Source: Eledone cirrhosa (taxonomy: Eukaryota). From it: a DNA stretch of 64,000 nt. This document shows, one piece after another, positions 26,016-40,661 of the stretch. The notes beneath the pieces are model-generated. The model saw nothing but the letters and a program-made list of their open reading frames with translations, searched no databases and was not told the origin of the DNA. The stretch is from contig OZ024742.1 in the NCBI GenBank assembly GCA_964016885.1, positions 96,658,001 to 96,722,000 on the forward strand, in the 5' to 3' direction. Position 1 is the first letter of the stretch, and the number at the start of each line of letters is the position of its first letter. A program made the position numbers and the translations under genes.

Positions 26016-28625
26016 AATGAAATAAACTCTGTTTCAGTTAATTAATAAGGAATATTGTATGATTTACTAAAGTTGTTAATTATATCATTACTAATATAAT
26101 ATCTAAACATATGGTTCTTATATGAAATTATATTAGAGGATATTAATTTAAATAGGAACCCTTCGAAATAGGTGATTTATTTTTTCATTGGATGACAGGT
26201 GGTTTTGGTCAGATGGTTTTGCAAATTAGTGTTGAAAGGAGCAGTATATAAATTACTATCATCATCATTGTCGTAACCTCTTTTCCAAGCTAGCATGTTT
26301 TAGATGGTTGTTACAAATAAAAACTGTACTTAGTTTGAGCCACGCTCCTCATGACCAGGCTAGTGCAACATGTTGCTTACATACATTCTAGGTTCGGTGT
26401 AAATATAGAAAACTGAGAGTCATGTACTGGGACCGCTTTCTCCTTTCTCTCTCCTCTTCTTCTCTCTCAGAATAATCTGTGTAAAGGGGCCAAGAAAGTG
26501 TTCACATTATAACACCATCAATACTTTCACCACAATTGGGTGGACTCAACAAGAAATATCTCAATAGAAACCACATGCACAAAAAATAGGATTAGTAATC
26601 ATCCATTTATTTATGTACTATTCTAGGATAATTATGTCTCCTTAACACTCTTGATACTTAACTGTCTGAAAACACCCCTAGTTTTAGCTACAAAACTTTG
26701 ATTTAAAATGTTTATCATCAGCATCGTTTAACACCTGACTCTGTGCTGGCAATTATCTATATTTATCTAAAAACCTTTTATCAAAATTTTATATAAGAAC
26801 CATAGTTGCCAAGTTCCAAGCACTAGCTTATTCTTGCGTACATTACATTACTAAATCTCTCTAAAGTCAAGATTATTTTTAAATGATTTGAAAATCTTTG
26901 GCAGTGTCTTTCATGAGAAATCTAGTAACAAAAGGTTTAGTGTTAATATCTAAAAAATCCCTTTCATCATTAGGTTTTACAATATCCTTTGTTAAGTAAT
27001 TCTCCCAAAGCTAATTTAATAATGAGATATTTAGTTATATTCGTAACCACCTCCAAAATCTTGGTGTTTATTTTTTTTTTTTTTCAATTTGAAAATAGAA
27101 ATTTAGTAATGAAACAAACACCGATTTGTACGTGGATATTTAGCACTACTTCGATTCTGAAATTCTGTGAAGCAATTTTTAAAGTCATTTTCTCTTGCTT
27201 AGAGTAGGAGTTACCTCTGTGGACACTCATGGGTTCTTTTTAAAGCAATGTTGTATAGTTGGTTGCCCTTCCTAATGCCAACAGTTTTAATTACTTTCTA
27301 TGACAGATGGAGATACAGTGTATTTAATCTAAACTAGATACACATATTCTAATAAAAGAAATGTATTAGTAAGCTGATATTTTGAATAATATGTAACAGG
27401 AATTGCTAAAATAAAATCATATTGAAGTACTTATTATCAGTATAAACATTTTTAAATGGGCAGGTTTATATCATAAATGCAGGTTGGTTTCAAATGGTTA
27501 CTTATTGGAAGATTATTGTAGAAAATTCTGAATGAGAATGTTTAGATACATATAACCAATATCAAATAAATTGATTGTATTTTTGAATCAGAGCCAGTTT
27601 CAGGTAGTATGGTATCAAATGGGTTAAGCAATAATCTTCATTTCACACCCAAATATGTAATACAGCCAACCTGAAAACTTGTCTATCCTAATACTGTTAT
27701 GTTCACAAAAATAAAACAACAAAGAAATAGGAATTAGTTGATTTATCTTAGAGCAGAGCTTGGCGTTAAATGAATAACTCACTTATTTCATTCAGTTCTA
27801 CACAGTGGCCATTTGGTGATGATGACAGTTCAGTTAAGTTGCTTCGTTGGATGGATTCCAGGGCACATGTGCCTGACACTTTATTCTGATTCTGTCACAA
27901 GATGTACATTTTCAATGTAAGATTTATGATCCTTTATTAGTTCTCCTCTAGCTTTATGGAAATATTCAGAAACCTGTTTGTTTAGGCAATGCACTATCCT
28001 CAGCACATCTCATATCCTATTCATTTAAGAAGGCAGATTTATTACTTAAAGGATTGTGCACTTATATTCGTATCCGGAGATTGGTTTATTTGGTTTTTAA
28101 GTGTGAATGAAGCATTTTATTATTGTAGAAAAGAAGGAAATGGTAATCTAAACTCGCTCATGCACAGAGCTTATTCTATTTCAGACCTTTTATTTTGTAT
28201 TCTATGCTTATCTCAGATTATTGGAATCCATCAAAAAATGACCTGGAAGCATATTAGGAGTGGGTGACAGTTTTAATAGTTTTTCAAACATATGAGTTTC
28301 AGATGGAGGAACAAAAGAAAAAAATCAATAAATCTCTCACAAATTTCTAATAATCTGTAGGTTTTTGCAAGCCCTTCTTTCTCATAGATATATCCCGATA
28401 ATGTAGTCTGTGGTACACTATACCTAGAAAAAAGACTGGCTAGTTACAGTTGGAATAGCGTTTATAATAGATTTGCTCAATTAGGGTAGACTATAGCAAT
28501 AACAGTGAGTGCATATAGACATTACAATGATATACTCAGCTCTCACTGTATGTATAAATATGGCATGGTCCCATAACTCCTAAAGGAGTTGTAGACGCGC
28601 TATATTGACATACGTTGTTTCTTAG

Positions 28626-28895
28626 GCATTTCTAAACCTAGTGGATCCCATTCTTCTCCAGGTCTGAATACAGCAGATTTCTTCCAGAGAAGTATACATA
28701 GTGAAAGAGAGGAAGTGAGAAAGAGATATGGAGGAAGAATCGACCCCTGCACGAGACTGGTACTTTTTTTATCGACCTCAAAAAGATGAAAGGCAAAATT
28801 GGCCTCAGTGGGATTTGAACTCAGAGAGCAGGGAGTCGAAACAAATACAGCAAAGCATTCTATCCACTGTTCTAACAACGCTACCAATTTGCCCC
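28626..28895 (-). mobile_element. SINE related to family 1 with an alternative 3' tail
   Basis: Same head and core; tail ctccaggtctgaatacagcagatttcttccaga shared with 37367-37629. Confidence 0.8.
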
Positions 28896-29149
28896 TTATA
28901 TATAAATATACAAGAAAACAACAAAAGTGAGTGTTTATACCTTATTGTTATACATTCAGCACAAACTGGTGTGTATAAATATATGACAACAACAAAAGTA
29001 ATGAGTGTATGAAATAAACATAACTCTCACTAATTTGTATGAATATACAACAGTGAATATATAAACATCATTATGTTCTCACTGATATAGATAAATACAA
29101 CAAGCATTTTAAGACTCGTCTCCCTTTTAAGCAGATCAGGATCGTTGTT

Positions 29150-29440
29150 CTTTCCAGGTCAGATAGTCAGTGCCAACCTGTGCATTGACGTCTCTCAATA
29201 GGATATATGACGCATTATTAACTACAACTAATGCTGCAGTGATCTTTTCAAGAGGCACACCTCCTCTTAATGGGCTCTATTCCATGACACATTCTGACAG
29301 CCAGGAGCTTGTGAATATTCCAATTCCCGCCACACATGAATATTGAAGTTTCCATCCTCCAAACAAATCTACAGTACCAGAGACTCAGAATATCGACTAT
29401 ATCTAGATAGTAGCAGCTGGTTTCCTCCACTAGCCCCTGA
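29150..29440 (-). mobile_element. Decayed RTE-type APE endonuclease fragment
   Basis: ILLRDVNAQVGTDYLTWK resembles LLGDFNARVG.D...W. Confidence 0.5.
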
Positions 29441-29699
29441 TCTTTACCCGTGTTATCACACATAGTTAATACATGTTTTTATGCTCGGTTGAAGTTACAA
29501 ACGAATGTGTGTATAAATATATGCTTGCGTATGTTTGTAAACAAAGGTGTATGCATAGTAACACGTATGTATGGGTGGACATGTTTGTGCGTATGTGTAT
29601 ATGGAATTCTATATATGCATAACTACGCACTTTTACCATAATTTTCGCTGAAGAGATACATTGAGTACTATTGAGTAATGTGGAATAATGGATTATGTC

Positions 29700-29881
29700 A
29701 TAATTGTTTCTACTGTTAGCACAAGGCCAGCAATTACCCGGTGCATTACCGGTACTTTATTTTATCGACCCCGTAAGGACGAAAGGCACAGTTAACTTCG
29801 GCTGAATTTGAAATCCGAACGGTAGCTCTATGCGTCAAAACATGGCGTCCGACCCTCTACCGATACTGCCAATCCACCGCC
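29700..29881 (-). mobile_element. SINE family 1
   Basis: TSD atggattatgt at 29688 and 29882. Confidence 0.88.
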
Positions 29882-30024
29882 ATGGATTATGTAATAGTAC
29901 GTAACATATTGAAACACGAGTAAGACTTCTCAATATTTAATTGATGAATGAATGAATACCAGAAAATGTGCCTTGCTTTTCTATAATCTGTATGTATGTA
30001 TGTATGATCGCTAATGAACGTTAC

Positions 30025-30260
30025 TCGATAAAGTGTGTAGCTCGGATATCAAAGTCACTCCATGTAGAGCCACTACTTCTCCGAATTGAAAGATCATAGC
30101 TTCGATAGTATGGATATATAGGGTTAGAATGTCTCAGGAAAGAATCAGTCAAATATGTTGGGGTCCCCTGTGCAACAAAAATATTTAAGAAAACGACTAT
30201 TCAAATGGGTGAAAACGGCAACCTTACGGGAGCTTACAATATCACGGCTGAACAAACCAA
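30025..30260 (+). mobile_element. RTE 3' fragment (also at 46680-46970)
   Basis: EPLLLRIERS*LR*YG..RMSQER; DNA similarity to 46690-46755. Confidence 0.6.
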
Positions 30261-30368
30261 GAGCCAAAATAATCATAATAATAATAATATTTCTGCGACT
30301 GACACTGCTACACCTACAACTAATAACGTTGTGCCTACTGCTACAACTATTACTACAACTACTACTGA

Positions 30369-30369
30369 C

Positions 30370-30408
<39 letters not shown>

Positions 30409-30427
30409 CAGCAGCAGCAGCAGTAGT

Positions 30428-30477
<50 letters not shown>

Positions 30478-30502
30478 CAGTAGTAGTAGTAGTAGTAGTA
30501 AC

Positions 30503-30543
<41 letters not shown>
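30369..30543. repeat. (TAG)n/(CAG)n microsatellite
   Basis: Direct reading. Confidence 0.97.
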
Positions 30544-31700
30544 AGCTGCTGCTGTTGGTTGGACTGTGTGGTTGGGGGGGGGGGATGCAAAGGAAGTAAA
30601 GGTTAACTGTTTAGTTTAATTTTCAATACTGTTTCCAAGTTTAGCATATTCCAGGATGTGAACTCACATATATACAAAAAGTCAGCTCATCGAGATCAGC
30701 TCACCGCTAATTTACAATGATATATGGCACCTTATACTTACCGGAACTTCCTCTAAAGAAGCTTTTAAATAAGTGATTTAATATACTACAATATAATATA
30801 ATATATATATATATATATATTATGTGTGCGTGTATATATATATATATAGAGAGAGAGAGAGTTGTGTGGGTGAGGGAGGGAGTGTGAAAGAAAGAAATGA
30901 TTGTGTTGCTGTAAATGTCCAAAATTTTGGTGTCAGACATTACAAAATTCCTTTTTAATTATTTACAACTATATGCAATAATATATTTTGAAAACTTGTC
31001 TAATATCTTGCTTTAGAATATTTCGTTGCAAAGAAAGCACCGGAAAGATAATTATCAGACGACACCTAACTGAGAGCAATCTATTCATCTTTAAACTAGC
31101 AAGTGTTGTAGGTCCATTGTTGTTTACTGTGGTGTTCAATTAGCGCCAACAATGCTTAAACTCTCTTAAGAATGCACCACAATAACTATATCAGCCATCA
31201 CCTTGTTATAATGTAATAGAGTGTAATAACATCGATATACAAAGAAGATCGGTTACAAGATGTGATGGCATAGGCTAGTTTTCTAGAGAAAATTGCCAAA
31301 CTAACACGTAGATATGTATATCTATGTATATACCAATGTATTTCCACATTTATGAATGCCAGATAAATCCTTTGAGATCTTCCAGGAAAGAAGTGACTGT
31401 TTGTGACCTTTGACTTTTTCTTCGTTCTCTGCCATTCTTGCTATCAACTAAACTCCCCAATGTCAAGTGCTGGAGGTGGTGGTTGTGGGTGTAGTATAAC
31501 CTTGATCTTAGTATTGTAATATGTTTATTAATTTAATAGCTTCATTGTCCTTGGAACAGTATATCTCACATGATACAATGCTGTACTGATATATAAAATA
31601 GATTATCAGCCGGTCTAGTGTGTGTGTATGTGTACGTGTGAATAAGAAGTATAGTCAGTGCAATATGTTTGCATATATATATATATAGATATAGATATGT

Positions 31701-31732
<32 letters not shown>

Positions 31733-32569
31733 CCGTGTCCGAGAGAGAAAGATAGTGTATGTGTTTGTGGATATGTATCAAGGAGTTGCATACAGAGTAG
31801 TGTGTTTGTAGCTATGTGTATATGTGTCTAAGTGAGACAAATAAACAATACATATATGTCTGTGTTTGTGTATATATATATATGCTTGTGTGTGCTTGTT
31901 TGTGTGAGACAGTGTATATGTATTTGTCTGTGTATGTGTGTATGAAAAAAGGAGAGGCTGTATATATCTTAAGTGTATATTTGTGTACATGAATATATAT
32001 TTTCCCCATCTATTTATTTTCCTGCATAATTCATGAAGTAAATATTGAAACATTTTTGCGGAGTTTCAGGGATCAAATGTTTGTGGCCTGATTTAGTTAC
32101 ACTCTTCTAATGCTGAGTCAAAATTCCACCAAGATCAATTCGTGTTTCATTCATACGGGGTCTATAGAATAAGTTGATTCAGTTGAATACACTTCCTACT
32201 CCAATTTCTATCTTTGTGTCTATTCTTTTACTGCAGTCTGTCATTGGACTATGGCTATGCTGGTGCTGCTCCTTCATAGCATGTTTTTAAAAACATATGT
32301 TAAGTCAATTTTCCTAGTAAATCCATGTATTGTCTGCTGTAGTGTTTCTAGTTTTCTTAATTATTTATAAACACAATTTTGGGTTGTCCATCAACAAAAT
32401 TGGTTAACTGTTCTCCCATAGCATTTGTGTCCTGTATACACGTGCACTCCTATTTAATATGTTGCATAAATGTATGAGCAGCAGGCAAAAACAAAATTAA
32501 GATGTAATGACCTATTAGAAAATCCTTCTAATGGAGATTTATATTTCCCATTTGTATGTATCTTTAACC

Positions 32570-33900
32570 TTGTAGCTTCAAATACAAACCCGGAACTGCC
32601 ACTCATGATGCAGAGATGCAGAAGCGAAATACTGGGAGGTGATTAACCCACTCCTTTGTGAGTCAATCTTTGTTGATGCCTCCATTGTCATCGGATCATG
32701 AACTGCTGCTTTCCTTCTAAAAATTGCGAGGAATGCATTTTAGCTGAGAATAGAGCACTCATGAGTTAGAACGCCTGATGCAGCAGGTTTCATTGGCTGT
32801 TCTCCTCAACAATGCTGTTGCTATCATGCACCCGTGGTACAGGTGTGCCGTGCCACATAGAAAAGGGTATATAGTCTACACCACACTCTCCTTTCCTCTT
32901 ATTTTCATTATATAGTTGTCGTTTTTTTCTTTTGATCTGCAAAATTGTTCGCTATTTACTCATGTGTTATACATCTCTTTATTACTGGGGTTGCCTTACT
33001 CATGGATAGTGTTTTCAAGATCCATGTGTAGGAAACACTCGCAATCCAAGTAGTGCCCAGAATCATTTCTTTCTTTTGCAGTCTTCAATTATGGATCTGC
33101 AGATAAATAACTGATGATTACGGACATATGACCCTTTGCAGCATCTTTTTCTTCCATTCTAGAAACATGATCCTTTTTCATGTGTTTATTTACTGAAATA
33201 TTATTGCGGTTAAGATGTTGTAGGTTGTAGAAACATAGGTTACAGAGTTTACTCTTGTGAATTAGGATGTTTAAAATTACTGCTCGCAGCTTGTGTCCCT
33301 ATTAAATATTTTAACCAGAAATTTAGAATCTTAATATGTTCTAATACCTGCTAGTTGTTTGTTCCTTCAACATATGGGCTACTTCCCTTGATGTAGCCGG
33401 CCACGGTCATTAGACATCATTAGACTCATTGTTTTGAATAATTTCGTCCATATTGATGCCTTCACTGCAAACAATTCTCTATGAACTTCTACTTCACTTG
33501 CATTTAATGCTACATTAATTTCTACTTTATTTTTACATATAGTACTTTATAAAACCGTTTTCTTCTGAAGTTGAATTGTTTGTTTTGTTCAAAGAATTTT
33601 TGGCATGTTTCATATCAACAAATTCTTTGAATTTGGCAAAGGTCTCTTACAATTTAGATACATCATAAGACTTCGGTTGCGTCATAGGCATAACAAGCTC
33701 AATTGTGTTAGTGTTCTACAGAATAAAAGTAAGCAGTACATTCTTATAGAAAACCTGGCAAATTAGTGTCGAGAGGACAACGCAACTGTGTCAATGTCAT
33801 ATAAACTTCCATAGTTTTGGTGCCACGATGCAAATGCATTCAGTAGAATGTAGAACCATATGTCAGACCACCGCCAGTCTAGAGGGCAATTACTTTGCTT
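32570..33900 (-). mobile_element. Possible decayed piggyBac transposase
   Basis: Scattered translated hints in the expected order (RFYKV, MDE, MYN, KRKGEWCR); no intact ORF. Confidence 0.4.
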
Positions 33901-33960
33901 GAGTTTTGACTGATTTTTGGCGACACATTCAACTCTTAATGGCAAGGAAAGCAGGCGTGA

Positions 33961-34031
33961 AATGATGAGGATGATGATGATGGTGAAGGCGATGGTTATG
34001 ATGATGATAGTGATGGTGGTGGTGTTGGTAG

Positions 34032-34081
<50 letters not shown>

Positions 34082-34130
34082 GCGATGGTGATGGTGGTGA
34101 TGGTGGTGATGGTGATGTTGAGGTTGATGA
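33961..34130. repeat. (GAT/GGT)n microsatellite
   Basis: Direct reading. Confidence 0.95.
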
Positions 34131-34439
34131 TTTCCGCAGTATTTGACATTGTCTTTTCCTCAGTTATATCGTTTATTTATTGATATCATTAAAAATGTTC
34201 TCATTATAAAGAACATTTTCTGTATATATTAGTTATCCATGTTGTATATCTGAAGTTTTATATTCCGGTTATGATTCGGTTATGATTCTGTATATACTGT
34301 AGCATATTATTTTGTCTAGACTTGTGATTTTGGTGTTTATTTCTGTTTAAATTTTGGCTATGATGGCCAAGTTTGTGTTTTGCGTATTGCTGTTGTGTTT
34401 TATCGTTGGAATATATCTTCATTGGTCCATATTCTTATT

Positions 34440-34650
34440 GTATCCACTTGTTTAATTATTTCCACATTTACATTAGACGGTCATGATCGTAATTTCCACA
34501 TTTAGATTAGTCGGTCAAGGTCATGATTTTCACATTTAGATTATATTTTCATGGTTATGATTTCCACCTTTAAATAGTCATGTTTGTAATTTTGTAATTT
34601 CCACCTTTAGATTAGATTGACATGGGTGCAATTTATATATTTAGATTAGA
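34440..34650 (+). repeat. ~30-35 bp degenerate minisatellite
   Basis: Recurrent atttccacatttagattag..ggtcatg. Confidence 0.7.
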
Positions 34651-35286
34651 CTAGACCACCCGTGACCTGCTGGGTCACGTTCACATCAAAATATATTTTT
34701 TTTAAATCATGTTCACTTAGAAATAATTTTTAAATAATTAAAATATACACAGGGATGTATATAACGTGAAATGAAACTGGAAAGCCCATATGTATACGTG
34801 TGTGTATGTATATATATAAATGTGTGTCTTTTTATACATATATATATATATATGTGTGTGTGTATATATATATGTGGGTGTCTATGATCTATATACACTG
34901 GTCATAGACACACATACACATATACACACACATATATATATACACACACATCACACACATATATATACACAACACCACTAGCTCACTCTCTTCCATTCTC
35001 CTTCACTGTCTCCTCTCCCTCTCTCTATGTCTCTCTTTCAATCTACTCTCTCACAACCACTATCCATTTCTCTCTATACTTCTCCCTCTCTGTTTATGAT
35101 GGTACCCAGAAAACCCCATATCTCGGGACCTCGAATTTCGATTTACGCGAAACTTGTTTTATTCCAATTGTATTCCCATTTCAGGGACAATTTACTTTCA
35201 AAGTATTTTCCCATTATGCGCCTTTTTGACAATATTACATTACAGACAAGCAAGCAAGCAATCACAGACTTTTAGTAATATAGAGA
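34651..35286 (-). mobile_element. Non-autonomous Helitron-like element
   Basis: Minus strand starts TC(TCTATATTACTAAAAG), ends with hairpin cgtgacc-cagca-ggtcacg then CTAG; inserted between A and T. Confidence 0.75.
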
Positions 35287-35918
35287 TAGTTACGGTCATG
35301 AATTCTACATTAATAATTTTCTGTTCTTAAATCTTCCTTATAATCGCTTTTATCGGTACTCTCTAAGTAAGGTTTTGCAAAATTATTAGAGAGTTGGCTA
35401 TTTTTTCCATGTTTCTGAATTCTGTGTTGAAATCCTACGAATATCTACTTTGTCATTCTTCCTTTCCAGTTCGATAAAAATAGTACGAACCTAGTGCTGA
35501 TATAGGCGTCTCTCATTCGGGCTGTTACGTGGATCAAAGTAGGGGTGGGGTTAAATGGGTGTCTGTATCAGGTTGCAATTGCATGGGCAACTAAAACGCT
35601 TCCAGAAATCACGGTACATATTACCAAGTCATACTTGATTGCGGGTGACTGTTGCAGTAGTAGACAAGTAGCATTCTGTAAGAGGTTTAGTGTTTCTGTT
35701 TGTCATGTTGTTTTATTCATTTCCGTGTGTTGTGTACTTGTGGTTTGTGGTCTTAATGATTTTATATTCGTTAGCTGTCTTTTGTTGTCACTTGGGATTT
35801 TGTTGATGGTGTATTTTTTACTTTGAATTTTGTCCATGGTAATTCCTTTGTTTCTGACAAATCGCTAACTAAGCATAAACACACACATACATTCGTACAT
35901 ACATACAAACATACACGC

Positions 35919-35976
<58 letters not shown>

Positions 35977-36049
35977 ACTCATACACAAATGCATACGTGC
36001 ATACATACATATATACATACGCACGTACGAACATACATATACACGTACA

Positions 36050-36617
36050 TGGTGGCTGCCAACTCGTTTTCAAGTACGGCCACTACTTTATATCCATGTA
36101 GGAGAACTCCTACCGATGCACTGAACGAGTGTGACTTTTTAGTCCAGCCAGCGACTTGAAAACTCTGGTACAAACACTACACTTGTGACAATTATTGACA
36201 TATAGTGCTGGGCCCATGGTACCATGTGACGACAAGTGCAGAGAGATCTCCAGATATACAGGAATGCCTGTGCCGTGAAGCTTTTATAGTGAGCAAAGGC
36301 ACTGCACAAAGCCAGTCCCACTCTCTAAACCAAGATGATATTTACCAAAAAGAAGAACAAGTCAACATCATTGGATACCATCAAGGTTGCAGGTGTTATA
36401 TCAGAGTTTTCCTTCTCCTAGAATTCTGCCTTGACAAAGTGATTTTGGATGGCCATTGACTCTTAAGAGCTCCTTTGCCCTTTGACAGGTTTTGTTTTTA
36501 GTCCTGCAGGATGTCCAAAGTCACCCTCCTCACCAAGAAACCTTGGTGGGGTTGTCAGTTTAGTCACCAACGACCCGACCATGAGACAGGTTGTACTGGG
36601 ATACATGTTACCAGTAA
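36050..36617 (-). mobile_element. Internally deleted RTE-like element
   Basis: C-terminal finger HKCSVCTRVFKSLAGLKSHTRS joined to the repeat also seen at 1-160. Confidence 0.5.
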
Positions 36618-36844
36618 GGTACATACATACATACATAGAAACATACAGTGAGCTTCAGTATGCTTTGTGTAAGAATTCACTCACAATGCGTTATTCAACC
36701 CCAGACTATAGGGAACGAGACATAACCAAGACGTCACACATTGGAACTAAACTCGAATCCATATAGCTGTAAAACGAAATTCTTAACCGCACAAACATGC
36801 CTTCACTTATGATAAAAACAAACATAAGTGACCTAGTTAATGGT

Positions 36845-37629
36845 AACAACCTCAGGACATGACTGGTACTTACTTTATCATCAGATAGACACAAGAAAAG
36901 TAATCTCGGCGGAATTTGAACTCAGAATGTTAAGCTATGGGAATAGAAGGATAGAGGGTGAGAGAATGGGAGTTAAAAGAGAGTTAGAGGAAAACCCGAC
37001 CCCAGTACTAGACTCGCACTTTTTTATCGACCTTAGATCCATATGCATGAAAGGGTAAGATAACCACGAAGGGATTTGAACTCTGAGCAGAGAGCCGAAA
37101 CGAATACCGCAAAATATTCTATCCGACGCTCCAATGACTCTGCCAATTCGCCGCTGTATCAACCTCAGAACATGACTGGTAATTATTTTATCAACAGATA
37201 GATATAAAGAAATGTCAATTACTGTGGAAATTGAAATCTGAATGTGAAGCGATGAAAATATATTAATGCATAGGATGTGCTCAAATGTTCTATCGATTAT
37301 GCATATATGTTCCGTAACACTCGAGGGTGTGGTAGGGGCGTCATATTAATATGCAGCGTTTATAGGGCATTTTCAAACCTGTCGGATCCCACCCCTCTCC
37401 AGGTCTGAATACAGCAGATTTCTTCCAGATAAGGATAAAGAGAGAAAGAGGAAGTGAGAAAGAGATCTAGAGGAAGAATCGACCACAGTTCTTGACTGGT
37501 ACTTTTTATATCGATCTCGAATGGATATGCATGAAACGTAAAGTTGACCTCGATTGGATTTGAACTCAGGAAGCAGAGAGACGAAACAAATACTATCCGA
37601 TGTTCTAACAACCCTGCCAATTCGCCGCC
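36845..37629 (-). mobile_element. Cluster of SINE family 1-related copies and fragments
   Basis: Repeated gactggtact..ttatc, gatttgaactc and ctgccaattcgccgc motifs. Confidence 0.75.
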
Positions 37630-37857
37630 TTTCTACCGATTATACTATCGACATAAAAACAGTAAACACTCTCTATAAACGGGAGTGGGTGGAAAGCTGT
37701 TGACTTTGTCGCTACACTTAAACATTCATATTTTATGGAGGCAGTGGTGGGGGAGGATGCGGCGGTGCTTGAAAGAAAATGAAAATTTAATGATGAATAA
37801 TCAATGATGAAGCAAAAGCACACACATTCACATACCCACACACTCATGTATGTATGC

Positions 37858-37859
<2 letters not shown>

Positions 37860-37896
<37 letters not shown>

Positions 37897-37902
37897 TATA
37901 TT

Positions 37903-37961
<59 letters not shown>

Positions 37962-37992
37962 TTATATATATATATACATATATATATATATA

Positions 37993-38070
<78 letters not shown>

Positions 38071-38085
38071 CATATATATACACAC

Positions 38086-38116
<31 letters not shown>

Positions 38117-38131
38117 CATATATATACACAC

Positions 38132-38164
<33 letters not shown>

Positions 38165-38185
38165 CATATATATACACATATATAT

Positions 38186-38235
<50 letters not shown>
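37860..38235. repeat. (TA)n array
   Basis: Direct reading. Confidence 0.98.
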
Positions 38236-38238
<3 letters not shown>

Positions 38239-39454
38239 GACATAGACATACATATATAAACACACATATACATACATGCGTATATGATATTATATTCTGC
38301 ACTAATATGTAATAAGTTAATTAATAAGGCATTCTCTGCAAATTTGCTTAATTTTTCATCTTAAATCACTCAATTTCCTTTATGTAAATTAAAATCATTT
38401 TTAATTTGCAAGTCTAATTGAATTTTTAGCTACTGTGTTTAAATGATACCTAATGCGGCTTTAATGTGTATCCTGTGAACATAACCCCCCCACACACACA
38501 CACACACATGCACACACACACATACAGACACTAACACATACAGACAATAACATACATAAACATACACAGGAAAGCGCCTTCTCTCTCTGACACACACACA
38601 TACATACATACATACATACACACTCACACACGCACACGACCTTCCTCACAGAGAATCACCCATATATTCACATGAGCGCAAAAGCGCACATAGACACATA
38701 CACACTAAACATACACAAACACACTCACATATGCATACTCTCTCACATGCAAAGACACTACTACACACACACATGCCTGCACACAATCATACAGACACCA
38801 AGAGTCATACCAAGTAATCAACACTAATACATCATCATTACTCTTACACATAGAGACATAAACACCCATGCATCACACACACACACAAACATAAACACAC
38901 ACACAGACACACACACACACACACACGCACACGCACACACACACACACACACACACATAAACACACACAGACACAGACACACATACACACACATATATAT
39001 ATATATATATTCGTATATAAAATAGCAGTAGCACATATATATATATACACACTTCCATTCTGAATCACGCTATGTTAGTGTTGCTGCTAATTAAAACCAG
39101 GCAATCAAGCACGCACTATATGCAAATGAACCTCACCAGAAGATGGTTTATACGAAGAGTGTATAGAGGCTATAACTTATTTAAATCTCAATACCGAGTG
39201 TCTAAACACTACTGATGATTGACTCTAATTTCTAAAACACTATGTGTTGCGTTCTCCCTCAGCTAGAGATAGCTGTGGCATGAACATAGCTTAAAACAAC
39301 CATAACGTATATGTCTTTATATATACCTCTATTAAGATATATTGATATACGAACTCACTTGTAAGACAATCATATAGAGATATATTTATCGATACTTGTA
39401 TATAAATTCACAGGGAATACACCCCCCGCCCATATATATATATATATATATACA

Positions 39455-40619
39455 TCATGGCCCGTCCGGCTGGCGCTCGGTAGGTATACCGGTATTTTAT
39501 CTTTTTCAGGAATCCCCCTACACACCAGTGCAAAGATAATGCATGCCCTCTCAAGTCAGCGAGGGGTATGATATTGGATTTGAATAGATTTTAGGATTCC
39601 CCAGTTCAGCAGCCAGTACGTTAAAGAAAATTGACAGTTACAACAATAAAGGTTAAATAGAGAACACATTTTTTAACAAACAATAATTTGTACAACCATA
39701 TTGGAAATTCCAAGTAACAGAAAATATTTAAATTACATTGTTAGAGCCTCAGAATATACAATATTTTTTGTTCGGCCCTCCGGAGCAAAGATGAAGAGTT
39801 TGTTTGGCCAGCTCACCCTAGAGTATCCTACATACAATTGACCATGGGAGAATCACTGATTTCGTAGCTCGTCTCGTGGAGAAGCTCTGTAGACGTTGAC
39901 CTCTGGACACTCCTGACAGGAGCAGGTAAGCTGTAATGACTTAGAGGCCTACCACTAATCTCCAGGACACTGTTTTCAAGACAAATGAGCGCCTCATTGA
40001 AAACGACATCGTATGTTACGTTGGGATTGTGTCTGCGTGTGCGGTGGAGGATGTCCTCAGCTAGACTTTCACGGTTGTTGTTCCACGGTGCGAGAGAGTG
40101 GGAGGGACCGTCCTGACGAAGGCCAGTTAAGCCTGAAATGCATAGACGGTTGTCCCCCTTGCTTCTGCTGGACATCACCAGAGGGCATAAGCCCTCCGGT
40201 GTTTGCATAGCTACGGCTTCCTAAAACCGTATTTCTTTGGAGATACGAAATATTTATACATATTGTATAAAGCTATACTTGAAGCGAAATCCTATTTCTT
40301 TTTTATTACAAATTGAGCCAACTTATGCAGCTTCATATGCAAATGAGATTAATCACCCCATTTAGACAGACGAGAAAAGTATATATTCTCGCCTGTCTTC
40401 TAGTCTAGCAGTCGCAAGCGGTGGGAGGGACCGTCCTCACGAAGGCCAGTTAAGCCTGAAATGCATCGACGGTTGTCCCCCTTGCTTCTGCTGGACATCA
40501 CCAGAGGGCGTTAGCCCCCCGGTGTTTGCATAGCTACGGCTTCCTAAAACCGTATTTATTTGGAGATACGAAATATTTATACATATTGTATAAAGCTATG
40601 CTTGAAGCGAAATCCTATT

Positions 40620-40625
<6 letters not shown>
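39455..40625 (-). mobile_element. Internally deleted Helitron
   Basis: ESLAEDILHR...FNEALICLEN...ELLHETSY (Rep-helicase linker) fused to HGQLYVGYSRV...TKNIVYSEAL (Pif1 C-terminus); 5' segment duplicated (~40100-40280 / 40422-40625). Confidence 0.8.

Positions 40626-40661
<36 letters not shown>

Noticed and set aside
27783-27973. Possible minus-strand host exon (AG acceptors, GTGAGT donor at 27777-27782, short open frame)
   Set aside because: No recognisable protein similarity or linked exons; cannot be supported without transcripts.
31330-31500. Coding-like composition on the minus strand (MAENEEKVKGHKQ...)
   Set aside because: Under 40 codons, no homology recognised.
30155-34183. Poly-Ser, poly-Met and poly-Ile ORFs
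   Set aside because: Trinucleotide microsatellites.
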